Of a DNA stretch of 64,000 nucleotides, positions 52,970 to 64,000 are shown piece after piece (the stretch's first letter is position 1; every line of letters starts with the position of its first letter). The position numbers and the translations under genes were made by a program. Origin of the DNA: Pecten maximus (taxonomy: Eukaryota). The stretch covers positions 53,754,001 through 53,818,000 of the forward strand of contig NC_047016.1 in the NCBI RefSeq assembly GCF_902652985.1, given 5' to 3'. The notes under the pieces are model-generated. The model was not told where the DNA came from. It worked only from the letters and a program-made list of their open reading frames with translations, and searched no databases.

Positions 52970-54718
52970 CTATACAGTTTATACAGAGATTGATGTGTCT
53001 CCTTCTATAAAGGTTATACAGGGATTGATGTGTCTCCTTCTATAAAGGTTATACAGGGATTGGTGTGTCTCTTATCAAGGTTATACAGGGATTGATGTGT
53101 CTCCTTCTATATAGGTTATACAGGGATTGATGTGTCTCCTTCTATATAGGTTATACAGGGATTGATGTGTCTCCTTCTATAAAGGTTATACAGAGATTGA
53201 TGTGTCTCCTTCTATACATGTTATACAGAGATTGATGTGTCTCCTTCTATACATGTTATACAGAGATTGATGTGTCTCCTTCTATAAAGGTTATACAGGG
53301 ATTGATGTGTCTCCTTCTATAAAGGTTATACAGATATTGATGTGTCTCCTTCTATACATGTTATACAGGGATTGATGTGTCTCCTTCTATACATGTTATA
53401 CAGAGATTGATGTGTCTCCTTCTATACATGTTATACAGGGATTGATGTGTCTCCTTCTATACATGTTATACAGAGATTAATGTGTCTCCTTCTAAAAAGG
53501 TTTTACAGAGATTGATGTGTCTCCTTCTATACATGTTATACAGAGATTGATGTGTCTCCTTCTATACATGTTATACAGATTGATGTGTCTCCTTCTATAC
53601 ATGTTATACAGAGATTGATGTGTCTCCTATAAAGGATATACAGATATTGATGTGTCTCCTTCTATAAAGGTTATACAGGGATTGGTGTGTCTCCTATAAA
53701 GGTTATACAGGGATTGATGTGTCTCCTTCTATACAGGTTATACAGAGATTGATGTGTCTCCTTCTATAAAGGATATACAGATATTGATGTGTCTCCTTCT
53801 ATAAAGGTTATACAGGGATTGGTGAGTCTCATAAAAAGGTTATACAAGGATTGATGTGTCTCCTTCTATACATGTTATACAGAGATTGATGTGTCTCCTT
53901 CTATACAGGTTATACAGGGATTGATGTGTCTCCTTCTATACATGTTATACAGAGATTGATGTGTCTCCTTCTATATAGGTTATACAGAGATTGATGTGTC
54001 TCCTTCTATAAAGGTTATACAGGGATTGATGTGTCTCCTTCTATAAAGGTTATACAGAGATTGATGTGTCTCCTTCTATAAAGGTTATACAGAGATTGAT
54101 GTGTCTCCTTCTATAAAGGTTATACAGGGATTGGTGTGTCTCCTATAAAGGTTATACAGAGATTGATGTGTCTCCTTCTATAAAGGTTATACAGAGATTG
54201 ATGTGTCTCCTTCTATACATGTTATACAGGGATTGATGTGCCTCCTTCTATAAAGGTTATACAGATATTGATGTGTCTCCTTCTATAAAGGTTATACAGG
54301 GATTAATGTGTCTCCTATAAAGTTATACAGGGATTGATGTGTCTTCTATAAAGGTTATACAGGGATTGATGTGTCTCCTTCTATAAAGGTTATGCAGATA
54401 TTGATGTGTCGCCTTCTATAAAGGTTATACAGGGATTGATGTGTCTCCTTCTATAAAGGTTATACAGGGATTAATGTGTCTCCTTCTATACAAGTTATAC
54501 AGGGATTGGTGTGTCTCCTTCTATAAAGGTTATACAGATATTGATGTGTCTCCTATATAGGTTATACAGAGCTTGATGTGTCTCCTTCTATACAGGTTAT
54601 ACAGAGATTGATGTGTCTGCTTTTATGCATGTTATACAGAGATTAATGTGTCTCCTTCTGTAAAGGTTATACAGGGATTGATGTGCCTCCTTCTATACTG
54701 GTTATACAGAGATTGATG
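52970..54718. repeat. 35-bp minisatellite (GGTTATACAGGGATTGATGTGTCTCCTTCTATAAA), ~50 units
   Basis: Visible tandem array, unrelated to the other 35-bp family. Confidence 0.97.
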
Positions 54719-54974
54719 TTTTCAGTTCTGTTAGCGATTGATTTCCCTTATTTTAACTATATATGGGTTATATAATTAAATAACACAAACTTAAATATTA
54801 CTACAATTACTGAATAATATAGCATACTTATGAAAATTACCAGTTAGGTAACCCTGCGGGTCCACAGCGTACAATAAATAACTACAGTCTATCACCTATG
54901 GGCCTCCATACCTATAGAAAACGCATACGCTTACTTCACACTAAATGCATGACAATAACTCGCCCGTATACAAC

Positions 54975-56605
54975 GGTGTCATCCTGTTTCTCCCAAAACT
55001 GAAAAATACATATCCTGTTACTCCCAAAAACGTATGTAAACAATATAGGGGGAGTGTTGTTTTAACAGTTAAGTTAACTGCTAGCTGTACAGGTAAATCA
55101 ACGTTCCTGTTACCTGTACAGGTAGAATTAAGGTGTCTATTACTGAATGTACCAGTTGACAAATAAATAAAAATAATAGATTGATCCATATATTCACAGA
55201 TGGTTGAATTTAAAAATAATACGTGTAATTTAATAAGAAATAGATAGATAAAAATAAAAAGTTATGTATGTAATATATTTATGATATATTTATAGAAGTG
55301 ATTATAATTGACTTCTTTTAGATTTATCCATATACTCATAGATGGTCTGAATTTAAAATAAACGTGGAATTTACTAAGAAATAAATAAATAAGAAATTAT
55401 GAATATAATAAATTTATTGAAGTATTTATAAATGACTTCATTTAGATTTGTCCATATATTCATAAATGGTTTGAATTTAGAAATAAAACGTGCAATTTAA
55501 TAAGATGATAAATTAATAAAAGTTATTTATACTTTAACATTTTTCATATAATTGACTTATTTTCATATGTATCCCCCATATTATAAATTATCAACTTCAG
55601 GAGAGGTGTCACTAATTAGGCTATGTTCATCTTCAGGAGATCTGCTATCTGTACCAATTAAGCTATCTGTCCAATCTAAGAAGAGTTGTAAACCAAACCA
55701 ATGTGGGGGTGGGGGTGGGGGTGGGGAGGGGGGCTGTATGGTGGTAGGACATGGTGAAGAACAACTACAGAGACACTATATGCTACTGGAGATGCTCTGA
55801 TAAAGACTGCTCTGCAACCATCAATACTACCAATGGTATTCCTGTAAAATTCGGTCATCAACACAACCACCCACCTAACCATGTCTAGGGGGAAGTTCAG
55901 AAGATAATGAACAGCATCATGAAGAGGTATAGGAAGAAACTCAACACATACCCGCCATCTACAACGAAGAAGTATCCAAACTACAGGACTGGGCAGCTGT
56001 CAGACCACTACAACGGCGACATCGACTACATCAACTATGGCGAGCGAGCAACATATTTATTACATATGGAGTGAAATAAAACATACTACATATATGTAAT
56101 TACATAAAGTTCTGTTAACAATGTATCATCCTTGCTATAAATTCAACTTTTGTTATACAGTACAAATATTATACAGATAAAGTAAACTATTGGTTTAGTT
56201 ATGATATAAATAGTGTTCATTTGTGATATATGTATGAATGTATATATGGTGCTTATTATATTGTATTTTGAAGATAATATAGTGCCTATTAGTTATCCAT
56301 TGTATAAGTATCATATCACCAGTAAAAAGTACATATATGTGTGTAATACATTATTTTTAACTTTTTAAAGTTTAGAATATGCTTGACATTTATATTCACA
56401 TATACATGTATATGATTTTGTCAATGAAATAATATGTAATTAAAGTATAACATTTAATTGACATTTTTGTAGTTCTATCACCTATCTACATGTATTTACC
56501 TGGATTTTGCAATAATTAATAATTAGACCCCTGTGTAAACAAATCCTGTTTCTCCCAAAAAAAATTTACCTAGATTTTAAGTTTTGGGAGAAACAGGATT
56601 AAACC
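54975..56605 (+). mobile_element. Mutator/MULE deletion derivative with FLYWCH remnant
   Basis: TIRs GGT.t.ATCCTGTTTCTCCCAAAACT; 8-bp TSD TATACAAC at 54967-54974 and 56606-56613. 55751-55888 encodes ...CYWRCSDKDCSATINTTNGIPVKFGHQHNHPP. Confidence 0.8.
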
Positions 56606-56941
56606 TATACAACTAATACATGACTGATATACAAATATCTTGCTTATTGATACTATAGTTACCATTATAACATATAGATAAAAACAATAACTAGTTATAG
56701 AAATTCAAACATACACGTAAACAATTCAGTCACGCACGAGTGGACCGCACCATTTATAAATGCTTGACCGGTCTCCTACAGGTAAATACTATAATCCAAT
56801 CGGATAAATACATGGGCAATATAAACCAAAAAAGGGGCAAACACTTACCACAGTCAGCTTTCTGTGCTTTCACTCATATGAGACAAATATAACAACGTCT
56901 CCAATACCTCGAACAATCCTCCGTCCAGAGCGTGTCTTACC

Positions 56942-58133
56942 TATGGAACGGAATTCAAGTAAATATTACACTATCCGTTTTTGTATTGTTGTGTGCAACA
57001 TTGACATTGTGTTATGCGAGCTGAACCTTATCATTTCCTTTATTATCAATCATGTATTCAGTGTTAAGATTGCATATTGCAGTTTGTATGGAACGCCGGT
57101 GCGCAATGCTAATTGCTAATTGCGAATTGCTGATTGCGAATTGCGAATTGCGAATTGCTGATTGCGAATTGTTAATTACGAATTGCTGATTGCGAATTGC
57201 TAATTGCGAATTGCTTTTATATATATTCCAATGTCAATTGCTGATATGCAACACAGTTTTAGGGGCTTCTTCTGCAGTAGTTTCTCTTGCAAGCGCATCC
57301 GGTCACGAGTTTTTTTCGCGGGGAAGAATGGAGTGCAGTTCATGCCACATGCAAATGTTACAACAAGCGAAGTTTTGCCACAACTGTGGCCTTCTGTGTG
57401 TAACCAGCTTTAGTGTGCTGCTTGTTTCTCTTTCATTTAAAGCAGGTTAAATATTGGTTACTGAAACAGTGTCGCCTTTTTCCCGTTTTATAGCTTAAAG
57501 CCAGTAGGCCTATATGAATCACAACGCCAAGTACACATTCAGGCCACTGCCTGACGGCTTTCAGTGCATTTGTTTGTGAATTCAGAATATACCCTTTGTC
57601 TTGCCTATTACAGCAAAAGCTATAGAATCGATTGATCACAGGGTCGACAATTTTGAGGTTGGAGATTGTAGGCTTAAAGCTTACTTACAAGGAACGTTCG
57701 GCATCAAATAGTTTCCAATAGTTGTTGTTCTGTCGTATTGGCGCAATTCGCATATCAGCAATTCACATTGGATATATATATACATGTATATAAGCAATTC
57801 GCAATTAACAATTAGCTATTCGCAATCAGCAATCAGCAATCAGCAATTAGCATTGCGCACCGGCTTTCCATAAGTTTGATTATTCCAGTCGTCAACATTG
57901 TCATTACGAGTTTGCATTGCGCAATCGGTATTCGCTAGGTCAACATTCAGTATTGCATTATCGGCATTCGCGTTCACTTTTTGATTGTTGGCGATCTCAT
58001 TCTTTAGTTCCTCATTATGCAGTATGGGGGCGCTGCGGTGTTTTATATCGATAATTCGCATAACACAATGTTAATGTTGCACACAAGAATGCAATAACGG
58101 ATAGTGTAATATTTACTTGAATTCCGTTCCATA
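56942..58133. mobile_element. IS3EU-type MITE (outer)
   Basis: ~75-bp TIRs TATGGAACGGAATTCAAGTAAATATTACACTATCCG...; 6-bp TSD CTTACC at 56936-56941 and 58134-58139. Confidence 0.85.
57087..57872. mobile_element. IS3EU-type MITE (inner, nested)
   Basis: TATGGAACGCCGGTGCGCAATGC...GCATTGCGCACCGGCTTTCCATA, long TIRs built of 7-bp TTGCGAA subrepeats; 6-bp TSD AGTTTG at 57081-57086 and 57873-57878. Confidence 0.85.
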
Positions 58134-58209
58134 CTTACCGATCGTCCCTCATCTGGTATCTATCGCGCCTTATCTAAAACACTTACCTGACAGAGAGGTC
58201 CGACTTATA

Positions 58210-59058
58210 GGTAGCGCACCACTAAATACAAACCCTACATACATACATTGTACCACATAAAAACACCACACAATACTTACCATATTTACCCATCGAGTTA
58301 TGCGAGCGTGACACAGTTAATGTTGGTGTATCTCAGTATAATTATAAATAGATTACAGAACTTTATTAGACATTTTCCCCAATTCACTTTGTCCGTGGTC
58401 TACGATAGCGCCTTCTTTACCTTAACCAAGGCCCATGTTCATTTCAGTGTATTGTAGTAAGTACACATAGAAAATTTGAAAAGCCCTGACAATTGTTTGG
58501 AAAACTCACCATTCCCGACACCATCTGTAGTCATTTCTTCTCACACTCTACGGTAACAGTATATATAATTGCTCAATTCTGAAAGAATATGCTATTTTCA
58601 TACAGGTTTGGATAAGTATACTTATTTTTCTATGTTTTTCGGACCTATAAATACGATGGTAACCACTTTCCAAAACATTAAATAGCATAATATTATGATA
58701 TTGACCCAAAATGACACAATTCTCTACACAATTTGTTTTCTGAAACGTATTTGAAATTAGATATCTCTATCCAAATGACAGAATTAATATCGTTTTGGCA
58801 TATATTCATGATCAAGTTTATTCTTACCTTATTTGTAACCTACCGTTTTCCTCTGTAGTCAAAACTAAATTTCCGGTGTACCTGGAAATTTAAAATTTGG
58901 GAAAAATATATTTATTTATTCTTTAACAAATGTGAAGCCTGTACATGCTGCTTGATAATGGATATGCCAATTATAATAAACATTTCATTTTTCATTGTAT
59001 GCATATTATATAGGAGGTTTTTGCTTAACAAAAAAATCACCCATGGCCAGACTGTTTA
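58210..59058. mobile_element. Diverged relative of the 43118-43765 MITE in inverted orientation
   Basis: Begins GGTAGCGCACCAC; ~58660-59056 is a diverged reverse complement of ~43135-43560. Confidence 0.65.
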
Positions 59059-59172
59059 TATGCGATAAATATGAAATACTAACAAGAAGGGGGGAAATCA
59101 CCTATTACGGATATGTAATATGTAACGTTTTACAGCAATCTTTTCAACTCTTTACAAGGGGACGTACATACA

Positions 59173-60349
59173 TCACGGTCTCATTGCTGACGCCATGACA
59201 CACAAGACAACTAGGAATATACAAAACAGCGTGACGTCAAGGATTCGTAACATGGCCTTCATATAAACACATGGCCTCCTTCTCCTCCAATGTTTCCACG
59301 TCATCATCTTTAACGCAATATGGATCAGTAATGGTAGCTTGAGATCGGGTTCCACGTGTGCAGAAGCCACACACTTTCAAAATGGATACCGGGACTGGTG
59401 TTTCTCCATACTCGAAATAAAGCCGAACTTGTATGACTGTTACCGGAACGATAATGACACTGAAAACCGTAAGTGTGAGTAGATACATGGCCAGGAAGGA
59501 AACGTTTGGGGAGTTGTGAGGAAGTTCGGAGCTGATTATTCCTAGAAACACAGCGTATGACAGGTACACCGTCACACAAAATGAATTCTTCTCTCCTGAA
59601 GACGCCGGTATGAGAAACACGCAGACATTTAGAAACCCCAGTAGGATTACGGGGGCGGAGATAGTCGAGATAATGAACTTTGGCCTCCGCTACAAATGAA
59701 AAAATCAAAATCGTCCGCAATTTATTTTGAAATCCAAAACATAGAACATCTTACCATATTACCTGCCATTCGACCATACGAGTTTCATATTATTTTTTCA
59801 CTATATGATGTGGTTTCACCATTATAATAAATCGATGTTATATGATGAAAAAACACCATTATGACAACACTTCGCCATTATATGACAGCATTTCACCATT
59901 ATATGACAACACTTCACAATTATATGACAGAGCTTCATCATTATATAACAGCACTCCGCCATTATATGACAACACTTCGCCATGATACGATTTCACCATT
60001 ATATAATAGGAAGATATGCTAAGGAGGAAGCGCTCACATCATATAATGACAATATCGCATCATATAGTAGCAAAGTGATATCATATAATGACAATATCGC
60101 ATCATGTAATGGTGATATGATATCATATAATAGTAAAATCAAATCATATAATCAACATTTATCAAATAAGGCATCTTAGGCGTTCCATATTCCTATTGCT
60201 TTGATTTAAAAAGGAACGATTCGTTTGTCGTAACCATTGAAAATATGTGTGCAGACATATTTCACATTTTGTAGTGTATGTGACGAGATGGTGATAATCA
60301 TTATTAATGCCAGTAAGAAGCTGTGTAACAGGGTGTCCTCTGATGCTAT
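59173..60349 (-). pseudogene. nAChR-like gene C, decayed, most of the extracellular domain deleted
   Basis: 60349-60213 encodes IASEDTLL...HIFNGYDKRIVP (ATA in place of ATG). 59690-59173 encodes RRPKFII...SGEKNSFCVTVYLSYAVFL...TM3, with TM4 in another frame. The ECD is replaced by ~520 bp of unrelated DNA. Confidence 0.85.
59790..60189. mobile_element. IS3EU-like MITE remnant with inward-facing ~21-bp subrepeats
   Basis: CATTATATGACAACACTTCGC units followed by inverted CATCATATAATG units; ends GGCGTTCCATA, the exact reverse complement of the start of the 57087 element. Left end not defined. Confidence 0.55.
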
Positions 60350-61884
60350 ACTTAACAACACATCAAAAACGTCTGTATCCTTTCCTGATGTTCCTGTAAT
60401 GTGTTAGAAAGACAAGTGAACACGAGATCAGTCTGTATCTATTGTCTTATCAGCATAGTTATATAAACGAGTTTAAAAATTCAACATGGTAAATAGTATC
60501 ATAAGGGAGATAACTCCGGCTATGATTATGTATCTGATAAGGACGATAAAAGTATGACCTTTTTGATTGGTTTAAAAGGTGTAGTCACATTATATGATGG
60601 GATACTATTTAAGATATGAACGACGTACTCGGAAAAAACTTATACATTCAGCTATCGGTTTGGTTGTCGGTGAATTTTCTGAAGTTCATAACAATTTTAT
60701 TTAATTGAAATTAATGCTATAAAATTATTTCTAGAAATTGATGCTAAAATAAGATTTTAATGGAAGACGTTTAATATAAGATCGTTCTCAAACTAAGTCT
60801 ATGCTCTTGTTATGGTCTAGTGGTATTAGTAATTTCAATGAATATGAATTCTATTGACCTGGACATAAAGTCTTACATCAGCAATCTCACATGCAATCAG
60901 TGAGATTAAAACTGATCTCTGCTCTCCGATTGTATTCTGGGGAGTTAGTTATATCCGGGTGGGGGGGGGGGGGGGGGGGGGGGGGGCTCTCAATCATAAC
61001 ACCATACAAACGTCGCATTCCAGAGCATGGATCTGATTCACGATTAATATAAAAGCTCGATATATTCTAAACTAAAACTCGGCGTTTAATTATGTATGAA
61101 CAGAGTATAGTAGGATGCTGCAGCGGTATGTGACGATATGGGAAATAGTTTAATTAGGAATGAACGAACCGAAATGATTCTTATGCATAATATATAACAC
61201 TTAGATTTACCTGTCTTAATGACTTCCCCATATGAATTAGATCATATTGTTGATAACCTTAATGTACTGTAGTCATTATAACGGGTAATGATACACGTTT
61301 GACCTTATCATAGGTACAAATTGAAACACGGATGAGTATCCTCATGGAAATGAATATTTCTCAATATAATTCAATATGAAAATGGGCATAAGGCAATTTT
61401 AATGTCACCTAAAAGTATAACAAGAGTCAATATCAATATTTAATACCAGCTTTGAATACATCATAGTCAACATTGACATTAAAAAGTAAAATTCCAAAAG
61501 TGTGTTGATAACAAATGAATAACAAATTGTCTGCACCACAATAATTTTTCCTTATTTATTACGAAGTGTTAATAGTAAATTTGTCATTTGCATCATCAAC
61601 AAAAAAAAACGATAAAAAAAAACCCATTTTACTTTAATGACAAATCACGGTGATTTGTATTCTTATATAATTAAGTTGGTTTCATTTGGCTCTATTCTGT
61701 AGATACGTATTCAGATAAGTCTGTAGATAAGACTTAATTAACCGCCACACAATAGCGAGCTGAAACCTATGCCATGAGCCTATAATTAATACCTCACTAT
61801 CAATATACATCCTTTAGTCCATAAATCTTTTAATATAGGATTATTCACATCAAACATGAATGTAATGTTACAATTTATTTGATC

Positions 61885-61975
61885 AGTGACACGGTTCATT
61901 TGAATAGTAATACGGTTCATTTAAATAGTGATATAGTTCATTGGAATAGTGACACGGTTCATCTGAACAGTGCCA
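61885..61975. repeat. Short 21-bp tandem repeat (AGTGACACGGTTCATTTGAAT)
   Basis: ~4 units. Confidence 0.8.
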
Positions 61976-63004
61976 CGTACATGATGTTTCTTGAAATGCA
62001 ACATTGACATCTATGAAATTGATTATTAGTTATGGCACGTTGGCATGTAGACGTTGACATGCCTTTCGAAACTGCTGTATAATGTCCCTAATATCACTGA
62101 AAATCCAAGAGGGAAAAGACAGCTGTATGATACAGTTTGATTCAATACAAGGCTCGAGTTCATCTTCTCTCAGTTTGCATCGATATCTGCTAATATCTTG
62201 TATGTCGTGTGTACGTTCCTTCATCAAATATAATTTACGAATTAAAGTTGAAAAAAACATGATTGAAACTATTTACAAAAACCTTCGACAATTTCTTTTT
62301 ATTAGCATTCATAAAAATTTGTGTTTCGGAAAACAATAAGGATGTTCAAAGTCCAAAGAAACGTCACACACAATTCTAACACCAGCAAAGTGTGGCATGC
62401 ATGCATCTGCAAATAATTGACTCGAATAGACAATTACAAGATATGTAACAGCGACATAAAACATTTCACAACATTTTTGGTTTGTTCCAACATACTACCT
62501 ATTGACAAGTACAAACAAACACCATTTGGAACTATGAAGCTATTTACAGTTTATATACAATTTTCTGCCATGGACAAATATCAAGCAACAATTTTGTATC
62601 AGCTTACAAAGCTAAAAGACTTTTTGTAAGTGCAATAATCAATATCTTCGAAACGTCATGAAAATACCGGGTTAGATAGCATGACCAGTTTCCCTTTTAA
62701 CGTAACGAACACTGAGATAACATTAGTAGTGTAACTGCTATACTTGATAAAACTTGATAATAGAAACTAGAGAATTATCAAAGAGCTCGCTAATTGTATA
62801 ATCCATGTTCAAATTTTGATTGGCTGATCATTATAATACAAGCTACAGTATTAAAAATATTATAAATTTTAGTTGTACGTTACACTTTCATTGATAGGAT
62901 GCAATAAAGTCGAGTATGTGAATACTTAACGGCGTTCATATAACCCGCCACAAGTGCCCATCAGGAATAAAACGTTAGAAAACATCTCAGATGTCAATTA
63001 TATT

Positions 63005-63206
63005 TAATAACGCGCATGATTAATTAAATTGAAAACACTGCCTCCGCTTGGGATCGGACCCGGGACCTCTGGCTTACTAGTCTTACGCTCAACCGATAGA
63101 ACTAAAGAGAACAGCTTTGAAGCCGAGCGGTAAATTGCGGCTAATATTTATCAGGGTTGCATTATCCCCTTCCAGGCAAGAACTCGTCTTCGAGTTTTCC
63201 AGGGGT
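63005..63206 (-). mobile_element. LTR/TRIM remnant with a tRNA-like sequence inside the LTR (Helenus-like)
   Basis: Minus strand: purine tract GGAAGGGGATAA (63173-63162), then TGCAACCC (LTR-like start at 63161), then a tRNA-Thr(AGT)-like block at ~63110-63039 with A and B boxes. Confidence 0.55.
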
Positions 63207-64000
63207 AATTCAATTCAATTTATTTATTCCAAATGCAACACAGCATATAGGATAACACAATATTCATATATATGTATACATATTGCAACTTGAATGACAA
63301 GATGGCGGAGGGCCCAACACAGGCAATATACTTACGACACATAATAATGAATAACATAATGATTTTGAAAACTTGTAACTGATGCATAACAATTACAGCG
63401 TTTACGTATTGCATGCCTATGACGTCATGACAGTATGACGACATAATTTAAACATGTACTATTCAATATAAATAACATACTTTCTAAATATATACAAGAA
63501 CACTATATATGAAAACTGTGATCATAATTTCCAAAACGCATTTAATTTAATTACTTACAAGGAGAGTTTTTCTTTCTGCAGTGACATGTAACAAAAATTT
63601 ACCCAATCTATTCAAAGTTTTAACACTTTTACTGGAAAATAATTCTATCAGTTTATAAACACTTGGACGAGAATAATAATACTTTTTGATGTATGTTTTT
63701 CTTAGTTCAGAATATGCAGGACAAAGAAGCACAAAATGTACTTCGTCCTCGACGTCATTTTTGTCACAAACTGTGCAAACTCTTTGACTTCTAGTATTTT
63801 ATTGTAGCGCCCAGATTCAATATTTAGACTGTGTCCTTGCATACGGAATTGACTCAATAACTTTTTAAATTTATAATTAATTGGCTTAACAAGATAAAAT
63901 TGAGTATTGAAGGTATCCACAATATGTTTGTATTAATAACATTTCGACGATATATCAAACGCACTGCGTAATTCTTGAATAAATACATCATGAACACGCT
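63207..64000 (-). mobile_element. 3' end of a second LINE (RTEX/CR1-group-like), frameshifted
   Basis: HSLNIESGRY...C..CDKNDVEDEVHFVLLCPAYSELRK C-terminal domain, 3' UTR, AATAAA and (TTGAA)n tail; runs off the window. Confidence 0.88.

Noticed and set aside
43118-59058. 16-kb compound transposon bounded by ~420-bp inverted repeats
   Set aside because: The left element is self-contained with its own TIRs and TSD, the two copies are clearly diverged and no shared outer TSD is visible; independent family members are more likely.
60956-60986. Poly-G tract
   Set aside because: Simple homopolymer of unreliable length with no associated feature.
63039-63110. Functional tRNA-Thr gene
   Set aside because: Acceptor, anticodon and T stems do not pair properly; treated as a TE-borne tRNA-like sequence.

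Overview
AT-rich, intron-containing animal DNA. The SINE families, LINE type and intronless Cys-loop receptor genes point to a bivalve mollusc; this is inference. From left to right: (1) two 5' coding exons of CDK5RAP3 on the minus strand, which the ORF track misses. (2) A three-exon claudin/PMP22-like tetraspan gene on the plus strand. (3) A tandem segmental duplication (copy 1 ~6.7-25.9 kb, copy 2 ~25.9-52.75 kb). Each copy carries the 3' half of the tetraspan gene and two intronless, divergent, non-alpha nicotinic-receptor-like (pLGIC) genes. (4) A transposon-rich tail with a fifth, decayed pLGIC gene. Of the five pLGIC loci, two are intact (B, B'), two carry different single-base frameshifts (A, A') and one has lost its ligand-binding domain (C). 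The window also holds large minisatellites (21, 28, 33, 35, 35, 42 and 46 bp units), seven V-domain-type tRNA SINEs, two decayed LINEs, nested IS3EU-type MITEs, a FLYWCH/Mutator remnant, a tRNA-bearing LTR (Helenus-like) remnant and a 100-bp palindrome. The best candidate for an undescribed system is the fast-diversifying tandem array of intronless pLGICs lacking canonical acetylcholine-binding residues, which may be a bivalve counterpart of cephalopod chemotactile receptors. All alignments and counts were done by eye, and no database searches were run.
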